Position numbers and translations under genes: made by a program
In this document: positions 36,372-48,815 of the stretch, piece after piece
Layout of the letters: each line of letters opens with the position of its first letter
Position numbering within the stretch: the first letter of the stretch is position 1
Notes under the pieces: model-generated
Seen by the model: only the letters and a program-made list of their open reading frames with translations
Database searches by the model: none
Told to the model about the DNA's origin: nothing
Assembly (NCBI GenBank): GCA_030704615.1
Contig: CM060733.1
Location: forward strand, 66,464,001 to 66,528,000
Direction of reading: 5' to 3'
DNA from: Takakia lepidozioides
Taxonomy: Eukaryota; Plantae; Bryophyta
Length of the DNA stretch: 64,000 nucleotides

Positions 36372-36628
36372 TCGCCCCCTAGCTGGTGGATAGGTCCCTC
36401 TACCTCCAGATAGCTACAAGATGTAATAGCCACAGCCGTACTAAGTCCTCTATCACTGTCCCTATGTACTCAAACTCTATAGACCAAGAGGCCGGGTACA
36501 AGAGTAGCCCCATCGTTAGTCGCCGTCTTGCAATCTGTGAACTTGAGCCAAGATCTCGTGTGTTCAAGGTCTCCTAGTAGCTGGGCCTTGCGTTTCTTGT
36601 TAGCCTTCCATGGTTGTATCCACTCCCA

Positions 36629-36790
36629 CTATCCAATGCAATGTGGACATAACCAATCCCCATCCGGAACCATCTCAAGAGGTGGAGTCAAGCATCCCAT
36701 ATGCCAACCTCTAGAGCATCGATCACACACCAGCATGGTGGCTGCCCCTTTAGCAGACCCACACAACATGCACCTCAAACCTGCAGATAC
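36629..36790 (-). CDS. PHD finger at the integrase C-terminus
   Basis: CMLC..MLVCDRCSRGWHMGCLTPPLEMVPDGDWLCPHC (C4HC3). Confidence 0.92.
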   Translation of the reverse strand, partial: VSAGLRCMLCGSAKGAATMLVCDRCSRGWHMGCLTPPLEMVPDGDWLCPHCIG

Positions 36791-36849
36791 CACTGCCAGG
36801 TTTGGGTCAATCCTGCCATCGACATTCGGAAGGTGACATGGCGCACAAT

Positions 36850-38060
36850 TACGCACATGGTCCTTCCAAGTATGCCATCCCGACCCTCCAAGACCAAGAC
36901 GCCTGAGGGCAAGACCTCTCGAACCCTCAAAATAACACGTCCTGCAGTCACATCCAGGGTCGTAGGAGCAGTCTGCTGCAGATAGACATAGTCACCAGGG
37001 TTGAATCTCCGAACCCCAGGACGATAGCCCCCACCACGTATGGTAGCATACCTCAACGTATCACGGTGTTGTGCAATGGCAAGGTTCTCGAAAGCCATGG
37101 GCATGACTCTCTTGAACAACTCTGCACGCTGCTCACATGCACGTGCCCACACGTCCGGATCGTCAAGGTTAAGAACTGTAGCAGCTTCTCTGCGAATGGA
37201 TGTAGGCAAATCCGGCTCTCGGCCAAAGAGAAGAAAGTATGGTGAGAAGAGGCAAGTGATGCTTGCTTGCTGAACCTGTAGCCCATGGCTAACCAGGGTA
37301 ACTGAAGGTCCCAATCTCCTAGGTGTCCCTTCTGCAAGCCATACTTGCGCAAACCCCTCTTTACTGTCTGAACAACTCTCTCTGCCAAGCCATCGGCTTC
37401 AGGATGATCCCGAGAAGTGGTGCGGTGGTCTATCAAGGCCTTGTCACACAAAGCCTGAAACTCCCCCAAGAACTCTCTCCCTTGGTCCGTGAGTACCTCA
37501 GCTGGAGCACCGAATCGGCTAAGCACACAATCCAGGAATGCATACGCAGCTCCCTCACTAGCCTTATCAGGCAATGGAACCAATTCAATCCACTTGGAGA
37601 AGTGCTCCACCATCACCAACACGTACTTGTTGTGGCGCATGGTCAGTGGCAACGGCCCTGCGAAGTCAAGACTCCACCTGTAGCCCAATCCCATGATCGG
37701 AAGAGGGTGCAATTGTGGAGTAGGGGCGTTGAATGAAGCACGCACCCTGTCACACACCATGCACCTAGCCACAAATTGTTGCACCTCTGTGTGCATACCA
37801 CGCCACCAATACTGCCCCTGCAGTAGACTATGAGTGCGTCGCACCCCAAAATGCCCCAACTCCTCATGGGCATGCCGCACTAACCGTGCCCGCTGTGTTG
37901 GGTGAGGCACAATCCTCACTCGACCATCCTCCCACACTCGGAGCAGGTGTGTCCCCTCCCACCTGAACCTCTTGGCTCGTTGTAGGATCCGATCCCTCTC
38001 CTTGGCAGTCATAGTGGCTGCCGTGTCTCCACTGCGGAGGTAGTCCAACACAACTGAATC
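36850..38060 (-). pseudogene. Retroviral-type DDE integrase
   Basis: HEELGHFG..CMVC (HHCC). WSLDFAGPLP, VLTDQGREF, HPEADGLAERVVQ. Confidence 0.95.
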
Positions 38061-38245
38061 CTCATGTATATCTTTGGCGCCACCCCTGCTCATTGCTGGC
38101 CTCAGGGTCCTCAGACACTTGATCTACAGTCATCCCTGTTGTAGGTCCAACCTGGCCTTCCGCTGCCAAGATACACAGAAATGCAGATGCATGCCATCCG
38201 GGCACCATCTCCTCGTCCGTCTCACCATGCCACCGAGCTCCAGTG

Positions 38246-39604
38246 TCATCCTGCTGGCTCGTGCATGGATTGCGACTCAACCCATCTGCATTTCGATTGA
38301 CCAAAACCCGGTCGATGCACCACCTGAAAGTCATACTCTTGAAGGATGAGTGCCCACCGTGCAAGCTTCCCCGTAAGCTTGTCTGACTCCATCAACCACT
38401 TGAGTGGTTGGTGATCCGTGACAAGGGTGAAGAGATTGCCGTATAGATAGCACCTGAAGTGTGCCACGGCCCACACTGCAGCTAAGCATTCTCCCTCATA
38501 TGAGCTATACTTAGACTCTGCAGCATTGTTCGAGCGGCTAGCATAAGCCACTACGAACTCTCTTCCCTCATCATCCACCTGTGTGAGCACCGCTCCAAGC
38601 CCCAGCATGCTCCAATCTGTATGCAGCTGAAAAGGACGCCCCCTGATAGGTCGTCTCAAGATGGGCGCCGAGGTCAACCTCGCCTTGAGCTCTTGAAAAG
38701 CTTGTTCTTGCTCATCTTCCCACTGCCACTCCTGGTCCACCTTGGTCAGCTTGGTTAGAGCCTTTGCAATGGCACTAAATCCCTTAACAAACCGTCTGTA
38801 ATAGTTTGCTAACCCCATGAAGCTCGAACTCGGCTCACATCCGTGGGGCGTGGAACCTGTGCAATGGACTCTACCTTAGTCTGCTGTACCCCCAATCCTC
38901 CAGGATATATCATGTGACCCAGATACTCAATCTGGTTTGTGGAAAAACTTGCACTTGCCCGGATGTAACTTCAATCCGTGCGTCCTCAAGCGCTCAAATA
39001 CCCCCTGAAGGTGTCTCTCATGCTCCTCCACCGTAGCACTAAAGATGATGATGTCATCTATGTAGCACCGAGCAAACTCCACCCCTGCTAGAATCCTGTC
39101 CATGACTCTTTGAAACTCAGCGGGAGCGTTTTTAAGCCCAAATGGTAAGAACCGCCACTGGTATAGGCAATCCTTCCCGTGCTCATTGATCCCCCAGAAT
39201 GCCGTCTTTTGCTTATCCGCCTCCTTGATCGGCAACTGGTGATATCCGGATCGTAAATCCAACGTGCTAAAGACCTTGGAATGCCCAATGGCATCAAAGA
39301 TCTCCTCTGGTGTTGGCATGGCATACCTATCGGACTTGGTCTGACGATTTACAGGCCGGTAATCACCGCACATACGTCTCTCCGTCCAATTGCCATAGAC
39401 ATCCTTCTTAGCTGGCATCACTGTGGCTGAAGCATACTCTCCACCAGAGAGCTCCACCAAACCTGCCTCCCAGAGATCTTGAGTCCTCATCTGAATCAAA
39501 GACCTCTCCATGTCACTGTATCTATAGGGTCTCCGAAAGATTGGCGTGTCAGTGGCCAACTCAATACGGATCTCTTGACCCTTCAGTGCTCCCAAGTCCT
39601 TCAA
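38246..39604 (-). pseudogene. Reverse transcriptase + RNase H
   Basis: RMCGDYRPVN, LDLRSGYHQ, LPFGLKNAPAEFQR, YIDD. LHTDWS..VVAYASR..TDHQPL. Confidence 0.96.
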
Positions 39605-40039
39605 ACTGAAGGCAAAGCAATTCCTGTAAGCCCTCAGGAACCGCCGTATACGTCGTCTCTCTCCTCCGGTGACAATGGGTCCAATGTCAGGCTCCCAATT
39701 GTCCTCCGTAACTGCAACCTTAAGTCCAGTGGGCTTAGAGGTAGAGGACGCGTCCCGTGGTTGCTATGCTGCAACCTCTTGAGCAGTACCCCTTCCTGCT
39801 CAGTCAATGACAAGGCCTCATCCTGCCCCATCATCTCATCATTGAGAACCTCCTCATCCCGAGAAGAATCCCCAACCTCATCCATCACAGCTGCCTTCGC
39901 TGCCAACTCCCTCTGAACCTCGAGCACCTCCCACATGTGCCATGGATGTCTACACCTCGTGGTCCTCACCGGCTCGCCCCCACTCGCTGCCTGTACCGTC
40001 TCGGTAGGCAGAGAGACCGTCAAGGGAAGTGCACTCCGC

Positions 40040-41020
40040 ACTCTACGTTGCTCAGCCATAGCCAAGCTGACAATCCAGGTCAAGCAATTGAGATCCATTG
40101 CTTGCCCCAACACCTGACGACGTGATGCCTCAGAAAGAGAAGGCACCGCCGTGGTCCCAGTGGAAAACCCCATAGCCCGCTCTCGCTCGTCGGCATTAGG
40201 CTCCACTAACTGCTGCAACTGAGCATCCCACAGGAGGCCAGGTCCACCATCCCGAAAAGCATGGGATCCTGGGAAGCTGAGCAGTGTAGGTAATGCTGCT
40301 CGTGGTTGACCCACCCTGTTGACCACTGCCAAAGGCGAACGGTCATCGTGTCTCACACGTTGAGACTGCCTTCCTGTGTCCAAAATGCCATCCACGGTGA
40401 GGTGTGCTGGCCGCTGCACCCCATCAAATGCACGCTTGAGCAGTGCGGGTGGCATCAAGTTAGTCCACCATAGTCGTGGACGATGAGCCCGTGACCCCAC
40501 TGCAGCTGCATCCAGCAACACTGCTGACCCAAGCCACGACCGGACTTGATGCACACTGGCCATCACCCTGGCCCGAGAATCACCCATCAGTGGCACATTC
40601 TCCAAGATGTATGCTGGAGATACAGCTTGATGAAGCTGCAAGGCGCAAAATCCGCACCATCTCCCAAAACAGACCCGTCCTCGAGTCTCGCAATCCATTG
40701 CCATGCCCGGCTGATGAATGCCCTTGGCAGGGCCAACCTGCCACTATCAGATCAATGGAGCCAACCTGCTCCAAATCTTGCGCCCCCAGCAAGGAAATGT
40801 CTGCTGGCAAGGCTTGTTGGTATCCACGAACTGCAGACACAGGCAACAAGTCAGGGTACTGCTGTACCAACTGAGCAACATGGCGCAGTGAGACGCGTCG
40901 TGCAGTCTCATCCCTCTCCACATACAGGTAACGCCTTACCGCACACCTGCCTGTAGCACAGCAGCCAATCCGGTGCTGATCCCGCCAAACAAGTCCAGAA
41001 GGCAAATGCCTTCATCCGGC
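40040..41020 (-). pseudogene. C5-cytosine DNA methyltransferase domain (DNMT3-like)
   Basis: Motif I LDLFGGISTG, motif IV AGWPCQG, motif VI ILENV, motif VIII HRPRLWWTNL, motif X LGQAMD. Confidence 0.9.
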
Positions 41021-41141
41021 CGCTGCACACAAGAGGTGTGGTGTCCAATGGCGACAACTGAGGTGGCCCTGGTGCAATCACCGACTCTCCTCCTCTCCTG
41101 ACGGTACAAAAGCTTCTTCCCAAGCTTGTTGCACCCGTCCA

Positions 41142-41909
41142 TCAGCAGCTTGCTGCAAATCCTTGCTCGTACCCCACAAACGGAGTGTGAGCAACCATGG
41201 CAGGCAACTCCGCCGTACCATGCATGTCATCCTGCTCTGCTGGAGGTGGCACATCCTCTGCATGGGCATTGCCTTCCAGCAACTCTCCAGGCCAACTAAC
41301 TGCAGCTGTGAAGGCGGCTAGTGTTGGCATCTTGCCCCGCTGGGCAGCTGCAATACCCCCAATGAATGTCACAGGGAGCTGTGCACGGCGACCATCCCCT
41401 GACTGCCATCCAGGCCTGTAGGATGCTGACTCCTCCCAGAAATCCAGGGTGAAGCCCATGGGGTATAACACTGCCCCACCAACGAGGACATCGTAAGAGA
41501 CCGCGTCTGTCACAATGGCCTTGGCTCGCATCACTGAGCCATCTACAGGATGATCCGGCTGCAGTCTAATAGCCAACTGATGCCGTGTCATGCCCGAGCC
41601 TGCTCTGATCCTCCCAGAGATGTCTGTATCTGGAAAGGACAAGGCTCCATATCCGCCTCCATGAGGCCCAAACCTGCAATAGCAGCTCTGCCCAACATCA
41701 GTGGCTGAGCTCCTGAGTCCAACAAGACCCGCAGTGGCCGGTACTTTCTTGCCTGCCGGTCCACTCAAAGTGAAAATGCCTCCCTGGTTGTCTAACAAGA
41801 CAACTCCAGGTGTCACCATGGCGCGCTCAAAGGCTGGCCTAGCTGGCAGCTCCGTCAATCTGGCAGCTGCAGCTTGCCAGGGCGCTGCCGTGGCAGTCTT
41901 GACCCTCAA
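41142..41909 (-). pseudogene. Aspartic protease region
   Basis: Frameshifted LLDSGAQPL motif (~41730-41700), and SYDVLVGGAVL. Confidence 0.65.
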
Positions 41910-42099
41910 ATCGAGGATCCTCTGCCACTACACCTTCCACTAACTCCGCAGAAGATGAAGTGACCTCCACTCTCACAGAGTGTTGCTGCTAGTCTGAACA
42001 CTGCAGCTGGTCTCACCCCCGGCGTCGCAATCATGGTTGCCGAGAACAGTGGGGCTTGACACACAGAGGTGGCTGCCCCCAATAACACACCGGCCGCAC

Positions 42100-43954
42100 T
42101 AGCCTTGGCAGCAGGAGTCAATGCTGCACGTGTAGCTCTCCCCAATGGCATAGTAACCTCCGCCTCGGTAACAGTCGGGCGAGAACTAGGTGCCATGGAT
42201 GGCGTCGACACAGTCTCCGCCAATGTGAATGACTGAGGAAGCCTTGCCTGACGGCTTGCCTCCCACGCTGTGGATCCAATTCCACCTCTGCACCTCGTGG
42301 CTCAGGAACTCGTGCTGCTCCTCGAGTCACGGCTGCAGCAGACTCCACCTGCTCTAGTGGTAGTGCTGCTCCGCACATAAATCCCATGCCTCCCATATCT
42401 CCTCCCTCAGGAGCAGGAGGTGGACCATCCCGCCTGGGAGCCGGTACCGCCTGAGCTATAGCCATGGCAGCGAGCCTCTGCTCTAGCTGCTGAAGCCGGT
42501 TGGCCATGCCTTGTCAACACCCTGACCTCCGCGTCCTTGGCCATGTGAGCTTGCCCTTGGCCTGCACCTCGTGCCCGACCACCTCGTCCTCTCTGGGCTG
42601 GTCCACCTCGCCCCCGGCCACCATTGTTCCCTGGAACTGGCCTGGGCGCAACTCAGGGATGCAAGTCATAACACTGGGCATCTCCATGCCATACTTGCCA
42701 CAATGCCCACACTGCAACTGTGCAGGCTGTGCTTGTGCCGGCCTTCTGCCACTCTCTGGGCAATCTCTCTTGACATGGGGTCCTCCACATGTCCAACATA
42801 TCACCCCTGGTTGCTGTTGGCCTGCAAAAGATGCCACGGGCCTCTGCACCTGAGGCCCCTGTAAGCTCCATGGAAACTTGGGCTGGGCAACCTTGCCCCC
42901 CTGACCACGCTGTGGGCAGTCCCTTGTGCTTGTGGGCTGACAGCTGTGCCCGTACAGGCATGTCCTTGCCAAATCCAATTGTAACAACTCGCTCCTCCAC
43001 CATGTTGAGCTCAATCCGCTCAGCCAGCAGAAACACATCTGCTAATGTGGGTTGGGCTGCTTGTAACAGGGTTGCATCTCGCACCCTTCTCTTGAGCTCC
43101 TTGTCCAGAATTCCATACCAAAACTGGATTGCCTGAGCTTCAGTAACCCTTGGGTCACACTTATCAAGCGCCTCATACGAGTGTACGCCTCTCGCAGGCT
43201 CTCACTGGGTTTGCGCTGGAAGTCTTGCAAACTTCGCAGCTTCTCTGTCCGTACACCTTGGTAGTTCCTCCGCAACTCCTGGAAGAACTCCACCACCGGG
43301 TTGAATCTAGGCACATGTGTTGTAGTCGTGGCAGGAGGAGTAGTAGCACCTTTGAACTGGTACCACCTGCAGAAGTACCAGCACTACTGCTCCACTACTA
43401 GTGCTGGCAGTGGGAGCTATTGGTACTGATGCAGCTACTGGTCGCGTCATGCCTCGAGTAATGGAGACGTAGTCAGGTGACCAATACATCCTCCACTCCT
43501 CAATCTCTGCTTCATGTCCTCGCCTGAACTCGTGGTAATCGTCCATAGGCGGGCCTTCCAAATGCTGGAACAGTCCCTTCCACGCCATGAATGGGGTGAA
43601 TAGCTGTGGATTGCGCATCTGCTGCAAATCACACCAGCTGTCGAACTCCTGGATAAAGTCATCCAACTCGATTGTGCCCACAGCTCCAGAGTACCTACGA
43701 GGCCCCTTGGTAGCTCCATACATCTCCTCCATGTCGTCCCACAACAATGGCGAATGAAAGTGCACACCTGTTGATGAAGCCTCCGAGTCTGTGTCTGACT
43801 CTACAGTAATTGAGGGTGGCGGTGAAGGTGGTCTGAACCGAATACCTCGTCTTGTGAACCCACTCTCACTGTTACTGCCTGTAGCCGTACTCCCCTCAAA
43901 ACCCTTGGGTAACTCCGTAATGACACTCACAATGTGCACCTCCTCCAGTGACAC
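42100..43954 (-). pseudogene. Gag (two zinc knuckles)
   Basis: FQRKPSESLREAYTRM (major homology region-like). CWTCGGPHVKRDC and CGHCGKYGH..QC. Confidence 0.8.
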
Positions 43955-44585
43955 TATAAGGCTCTAGTACTAATCTAATAGTGACACGGGTGGGCACCTG
44001 TTGCAGTCTAAGGGTCATATCCCATGGCTCAGGGCACCTGCACCTGCATCCACCGCAAGAACTCCTATGGTTGGCTGGTCATCAACCCAGCCTCACCATA
44101 GAAGAAACACTGGTGGTCTTGCTGGTCATCACTCCAGCCTCACCCGACAGCATACTCTAGGATTGACCGGTGATCAAATCCGGCCTAATCCCTATGAAAG
44201 CAAGCGCCCACACAAAACCAACATGGCGCACAGTCAAGCATGCAGGTGTTGGGGGGGATCCAAACACAAGAAATCAAAACATCAACACCCCCACACCAAA
44301 ATCCAGCTGCAATGCTGATCCTGCAGAATATCCCAGCCCAAAACCCCGGACTGACTGGCCTCCACCAAGAGAGGCTTTGGCAACTACAAGTACAAGGTAA
44401 TGAAAATAGTACAGAGATGGAGGGGAAGAATAGAAGCCCGACCAAGCAAGATCTAATCCTGATCTATGCTATCAACTGCCAGACTTCTCTCAAAGTGCCT
44501 CGCTCTGCATGATGGTAAGGTGTAGGAGGTATATCTATGTCCAGAAACCTGCCACTAACCTTGTCCCAAGCTACAGTAGCTCGCT

Positions 44586-45211
44586 CTAACCAACCCTCCT
44601 CCTTTTCTGCCAGGTAGAGACAAAGCAATACTCCCCTATCTCCCGCTCACTGAACACTAAAGAAAACAAAGGTAGGGTCTGATAGTCTCTCAACTCGAAA
44701 GCTTTGAGACGGTTGCGGGTGTCCTCATTGCGAATGACTGCATCTCCTTCACGCACAACAAACATGTCATTGCTGATGAACCCCGCTCGTGGTTGCCCTG
44801 TGCAGAGCGTATCCGGCTGCAACCATGTCTGATTGCACAAACTTGTGTAGCTCCTGCTCCTCTGCTCCAGTACACCACGGCCTTGTGGCTGAACACCTTG
44901 GTCCCCGGGGCTGTCTTTGGCTGTGTTCCAAGCCTAGCTTTCACCCACTTTGGTATTTCACCTACAGCTGCAGAACTGCTGGCTCCAACAGAGTTCTGAC
45001 TGTCCAAGGCGATATTGAGGCCCTCAATGCCAACTACAGCAGTCTGTTGTCTACTGCTAATGCCTGACTCCCAGTATGCAATCAACTCGTCCAACTGTTC
45101 TCCACTCAAATCAGTCTGAGTTCCTTGGGAAACATAAATCTTGTCCCCTTGTGTGCACAGGCTAAGAGAAGAGACCTGCCCTTCAATTACGTCCTCATTT
45201 CCCCCAGCCAT
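44586..45211 (-). CDS. Extra hypothetical ORF upstream of gag
   Basis: Overlapping 173-aa and 84-aa frames on the element sense strand. No recognised motif. Confidence 0.35.
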
Positions 45212-46229
45212 ACAAGGAGTACATCCACAGATTTGTCTCTCATATAGACCAGCACAGGTTCTAGAAACAGGATTGTGGATCTTTCATGGCACACTCACAC
45301 TCTAAAAATTCCATAGATTTTTAGCAGAGTCCCAAAAACAGAAACCAGGTCTAGATAGGTAGATTTCCCCTTTCTGCAGCTATCCCCTCAAAAACTGAGT
45401 CAAACGGAGCTCATTTGACAAAGATATGACCAACCAGGCTCTTTAAACATTTAAATTAGATCAAAAAGGCTTTTTTTTTTTTTTTACACCAAAACGCTTT
45501 GTCATTACAACCTGTTCCCAGGTTATCTACGAGTTCCCGAGGTCGTTCCCTCCAGGATTCTCCAGGCACCAAGAGCTCGTTAATTCCAACACTCGACCTC
45601 AGTTGGGTGGGGTAACACGATTTGCTTTTCTCTGCGCGTGGGCCTGCCTCCTCGAGACCTAGAGACTACAAAACCAGCGGGCGATTTCAAGAGCAGATGC
45701 ACTGCGCAGCACCTTCATGGCTTATGGACAGGCGGCCTGCTGTGATGTGGCCGTCTTTGCATGGAATCCAAAGCCAAGACCAGCTTGAAGTTCCATCAAC
45801 TCGGTCTAATTCGCATCTCTCATGTTTTCCTGCAACGGGCATTGACGCCCACAATTTCCAGGGCTTGCACTGAAGCATTTCTAAGCTGTTCTTAGGCCAC
45901 TAACACACCTGTGTAGCTGCAGAAATTGTTCCCATGGGACCCTATAGATTCACCTGTAAGGCTGCTCAAACGCCTGAGCTTAGAGTATGGTTGGATCACT
46001 TGCTCATCAAAGGCCCACAGATAAAAGGACCCCAGCCTGACCACCACCTGCTTGTGCCAGCTTGTTCAAAGATTTGCCCAGGTACTTTCCTTGTCTCTCA
46101 GCAACACTCTTTTTTGCGGTAGGGCTTCCATTAGTAACTGGATCAACTGCCAAGCTTCCACCAGGGCACTTCTTCACAGGTAAGGAGTGGACAAAGGAAG
46201 AAGATCCAAACCCATTGATCAAACCAGCA

Positions 46230-46400
46230 GCCCGTATGGCACCTCCGTCTAGCGCCACTGACTTCAACAGCAGGCTCAGCAGGCTTTGTCCATAGGGAAT
46301 GTTCAATAGTTCAAACAGCTCAGTATCACTGGCCAGCTCCAGTACAGAGTGTAGCTCTGGATCAAATGCAGCTCCTAGCACTGACTCTTTGCCAGTAAGC
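46230..46400 (-). pseudogene. Captured fragment of a conserved uncharacterised plant gene
   Basis: GAAFDPELHSVLELASDTELFEL..YG.S.LS.LLKS resembles a conserved plant protein (recalled, not searched). Confidence 0.45.
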
Positions 46401-46494
46401 AGGTATATCTCTGCTGCTTTCTTGTCATGGTAAACAGCCTTGGAAGGTTTCAGACTTGGGGGAGTTTCAGACCTTGAGCTGGTCACCTGTGACT

Positions 46495-46800
46495 TCTCGA
46501 CTGGATGAATAGTTGTACGCTTCAGTCTGTACTGGGTCAGCTGGATTTGGGCATCTAGCAGCTCCTGGATGCCAACCAGAATTTGTTTCGGTGATGGCTG
46601 GTCTCCACCCAGAGTCCTCATTGAGGATAGAGAGGCACACTGTGCCTGACGGATACAGGTTTGGGTGAAAGAAGCCTGCGGGAAACTTGCACTTGGGTGG
46701 CTTACTGGGATAGTCCCCGCTGAAATGGATTGCAGTTGGGTAGAATCCCCCTTCCCAATCAGCCCAGCTTGCCACACCAATCAGTCCCAGCTTTTGCCAC
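46495..46800 (-). pseudogene. SCE1: Captured intronless SUMO-conjugating enzyme (SCE1/UBC9) fragment
   Basis: [64 protein letters not shown]. Confidence 0.9.
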
Positions 46801-47001
46801 AAAACTTCTCGGGATGATATGCAGAGCATAAATCCAGCAGCGCTGTTTCTCAATGGCAGCAATGTCGCCCCTGCAAACTGGTGGCTACGACGTGAAAGCC
46901 TGGTGAACGTTAAACTGCCTCATCACCATGACTCATCCACATGACCGGGTTTGAGAAGCTCTCTGCATCACCATATAATTACTATCCTTCACAGCAGCTA
47001 T

Positions 47002-47330
47002 TTACATGCGCCCATACTCTTGGCCCTCCGCCTGCTTGACCTCTCCTCCCAGCACTTTGACAATAAGGTGCAGCCCGTAAAACGCCAAGCACTGCGATCC
47101 CATGATTCCTTGTGTACTCGAGAAAGCCATCAGGTACAGTTGGAGAGCCCTCTCATGGACAGAACGGGGTCCACCTGAGAGAATTATAACGGAGGGATTG
47201 AGCCCCTGAATGGCTTCCAAGGGGTACCAGCAGGTAAGCAAAAGGGGCAAATAGAGAACTGTCGGACACGACGGTGATAAGATGCGTATACTGCGATCCG
47301 AAGTCCAGCACCACATTCCTCAATGCCTGT
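47002..47330 (-). pseudogene. Captured intronless GMP synthase (GATase) fragment
   Basis: VLDFGSQYTHLITR.VR, IILSGGP.SV, YGL.LIVKVLGGEVK..E..EYGRM. Confidence 0.85.
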
Positions 47331-47509
47331 CCGCTGCCTTCTCCATCTCTGCAACCTTCTCCTTCTCCCTCTAATGACTGTACAGCACCTATGCTCTGCG
47401 CACAGACCAGCGAAACAGCAAGGCCAGATGGATTCCCGCCCCAAGATATATATTAAAATAATGCTAAAACAAACATTGTATCTAGCTTAGCACCAGCACA
47501 CTAGATAAC

Positions 47510-47525
47510 GCTCATCTCTCTCGAG
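47510..47525 (-). promoter_or_regulatory. Self-complementary primer-binding site
   Basis: The 16 nt abutting the 5' LTR are the exact inverse of LTR positions 47719-47734. Confidence 0.75.
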
Positions 47526-47885
47526 TGATAAACAAACTTGAAAAGGACACACACTCTCAACACAAGAAATATGCAATCCCTCAAGATCACTCTTTAAGAT
47601 AATAGTCGAGCCAGGGCACCCCAAGCTATGGGGACTCCACCCCCCACAAACAACCTACACTCCCATCATACGCACAGTCAGATCTGAAGAATGCAGGAGC
47701 TCGGTCGCGCAGGCTCAACTCGAGAGAGATGAGCTGCGCGACTGCCGCTCTCGTGAAGATAAGACAGACCAGGTGTCAAAACTAAACTTGACATCTGATT
47801 TAACACTTGACCTAAATCCAAGTGTTATATACAAATAACTAGTTTTATTCTAGCTGTTTTCACACTGTGCTTATTTAACTTGACA
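47526..47885 (-). repeat. 5' LTR (A1)
   Basis: Direct repeat of 35933-36283. Confidence 0.95.
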
Positions 47886-48619
47886 ACATATTCGTTTCAC
47901 ACTAAACTTGTGTCCGAGTCGATGAAAGCCATGTTCAATGTGATGCATTGTTCCGAAACAACACAATTGCGGCCTGTGTTAATGAGCAGAACTTGGGTGT
48001 CTTACAGTTTAACTAACAGTCCTGGCACTTGTCAGTGTAAGCGTTCAGGTCTGCACCGAGAATACTGCTGGATGTACCCTCAGGAGTTGTTATTTATTCG
48101 CCGAATCGGCCATCATTGTCATACTTACTGTCATATCACACCTCCCACCTTCACGCATGTAGCTTGAGACATTCTTTTCCACTTCAATGTGGGACTTCCA
48201 ATCGTGGATGGACTCCGCAGTTCCTATTACGTGGTGCCTGTGAGCCTTGGTCTGTCCCTATAGTGAACCTTGCACTTGCCAAATTCGTGTTGTGTTCGAT
48301 GGCTCCCAATTCCTACGCTATAGTTTGATGTCCTCCCCAACTTGGCCGAGCCTGGATCCCAAACGAGGGAGGACTTTGTAGAGTGACTGAAACTTACCTT
48401 TGTTCCAAATTCAAGCTCAAACCGGGCACAGTTTATTTGGAAGAAGAAAGGAAGGATGTTCCTGGACAGGTTGACGAGACCATTGTTGTCGTGAACCTCA
48501 AATCCCGCTCCGTCAAATGCAGAAGGCATTTACACAGGGCGGTATTGAGGAAGTGTGCGCCCACCAGGAATGGAGAGGGACAAGTAATCACTGTAGTGTT
48601 TCAACACGGAGATGCAAAC

Positions 48620-48670
48620 GGAGGTTGCAAATCCATGAGCATGAGCGGTGAGCGCATGAGCATGAGCAAA
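48620..48670 (+). mobile_element. TIR-like terminus of element C
   Basis: GGAGGTTGCAAATCCATGAGCATGAGC..CATGAGCATGAGC resembles 13543-13580. Confidence 0.5.
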
Positions 48671-48815
48671 GTTTCCCGACCCTCGCCCGAACTTACACCG
48701 AACTTACTCTAAGGTGGAGGTCGGGAACCAAAACTGCCGACTTAATGCATAGTGGTAACACTCCACGGAAATAGAAGGTGGAACGCCTATCACCGTGGGC
48801 TGTAGGTGAGTTGTT

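Larger units (their letters stand above)
35847..47885 (-). mobile_element. Gypsy-type LTR retroelement encoding a C5-DNMT and a PHD finger, with split direct repeats
   Basis: TG..CA ends. 4-bp TSD ACAT (35843-46 and 47886-89). Domain order gag-PR-DNMT-RT-RH-IN-PHD. Confidence 0.92.

Noticed and set aside
46007-47444. Functional SCE1 or GMP synthase genes
   Set aside because: They are partial, frameshifted, intronless and located inside an LTR element.
35847-47885. DIRS/PAT/Ngaro tyrosine-recombinase element
   Set aside because: It has a DDE integrase, TG..CA ends and a TSD. No recombinase motifs were seen.
47890-48600. Additional gene in the continuation of element B
   Set aside because: Only short ORFs without recognisable motifs, so a gene cannot be supported.
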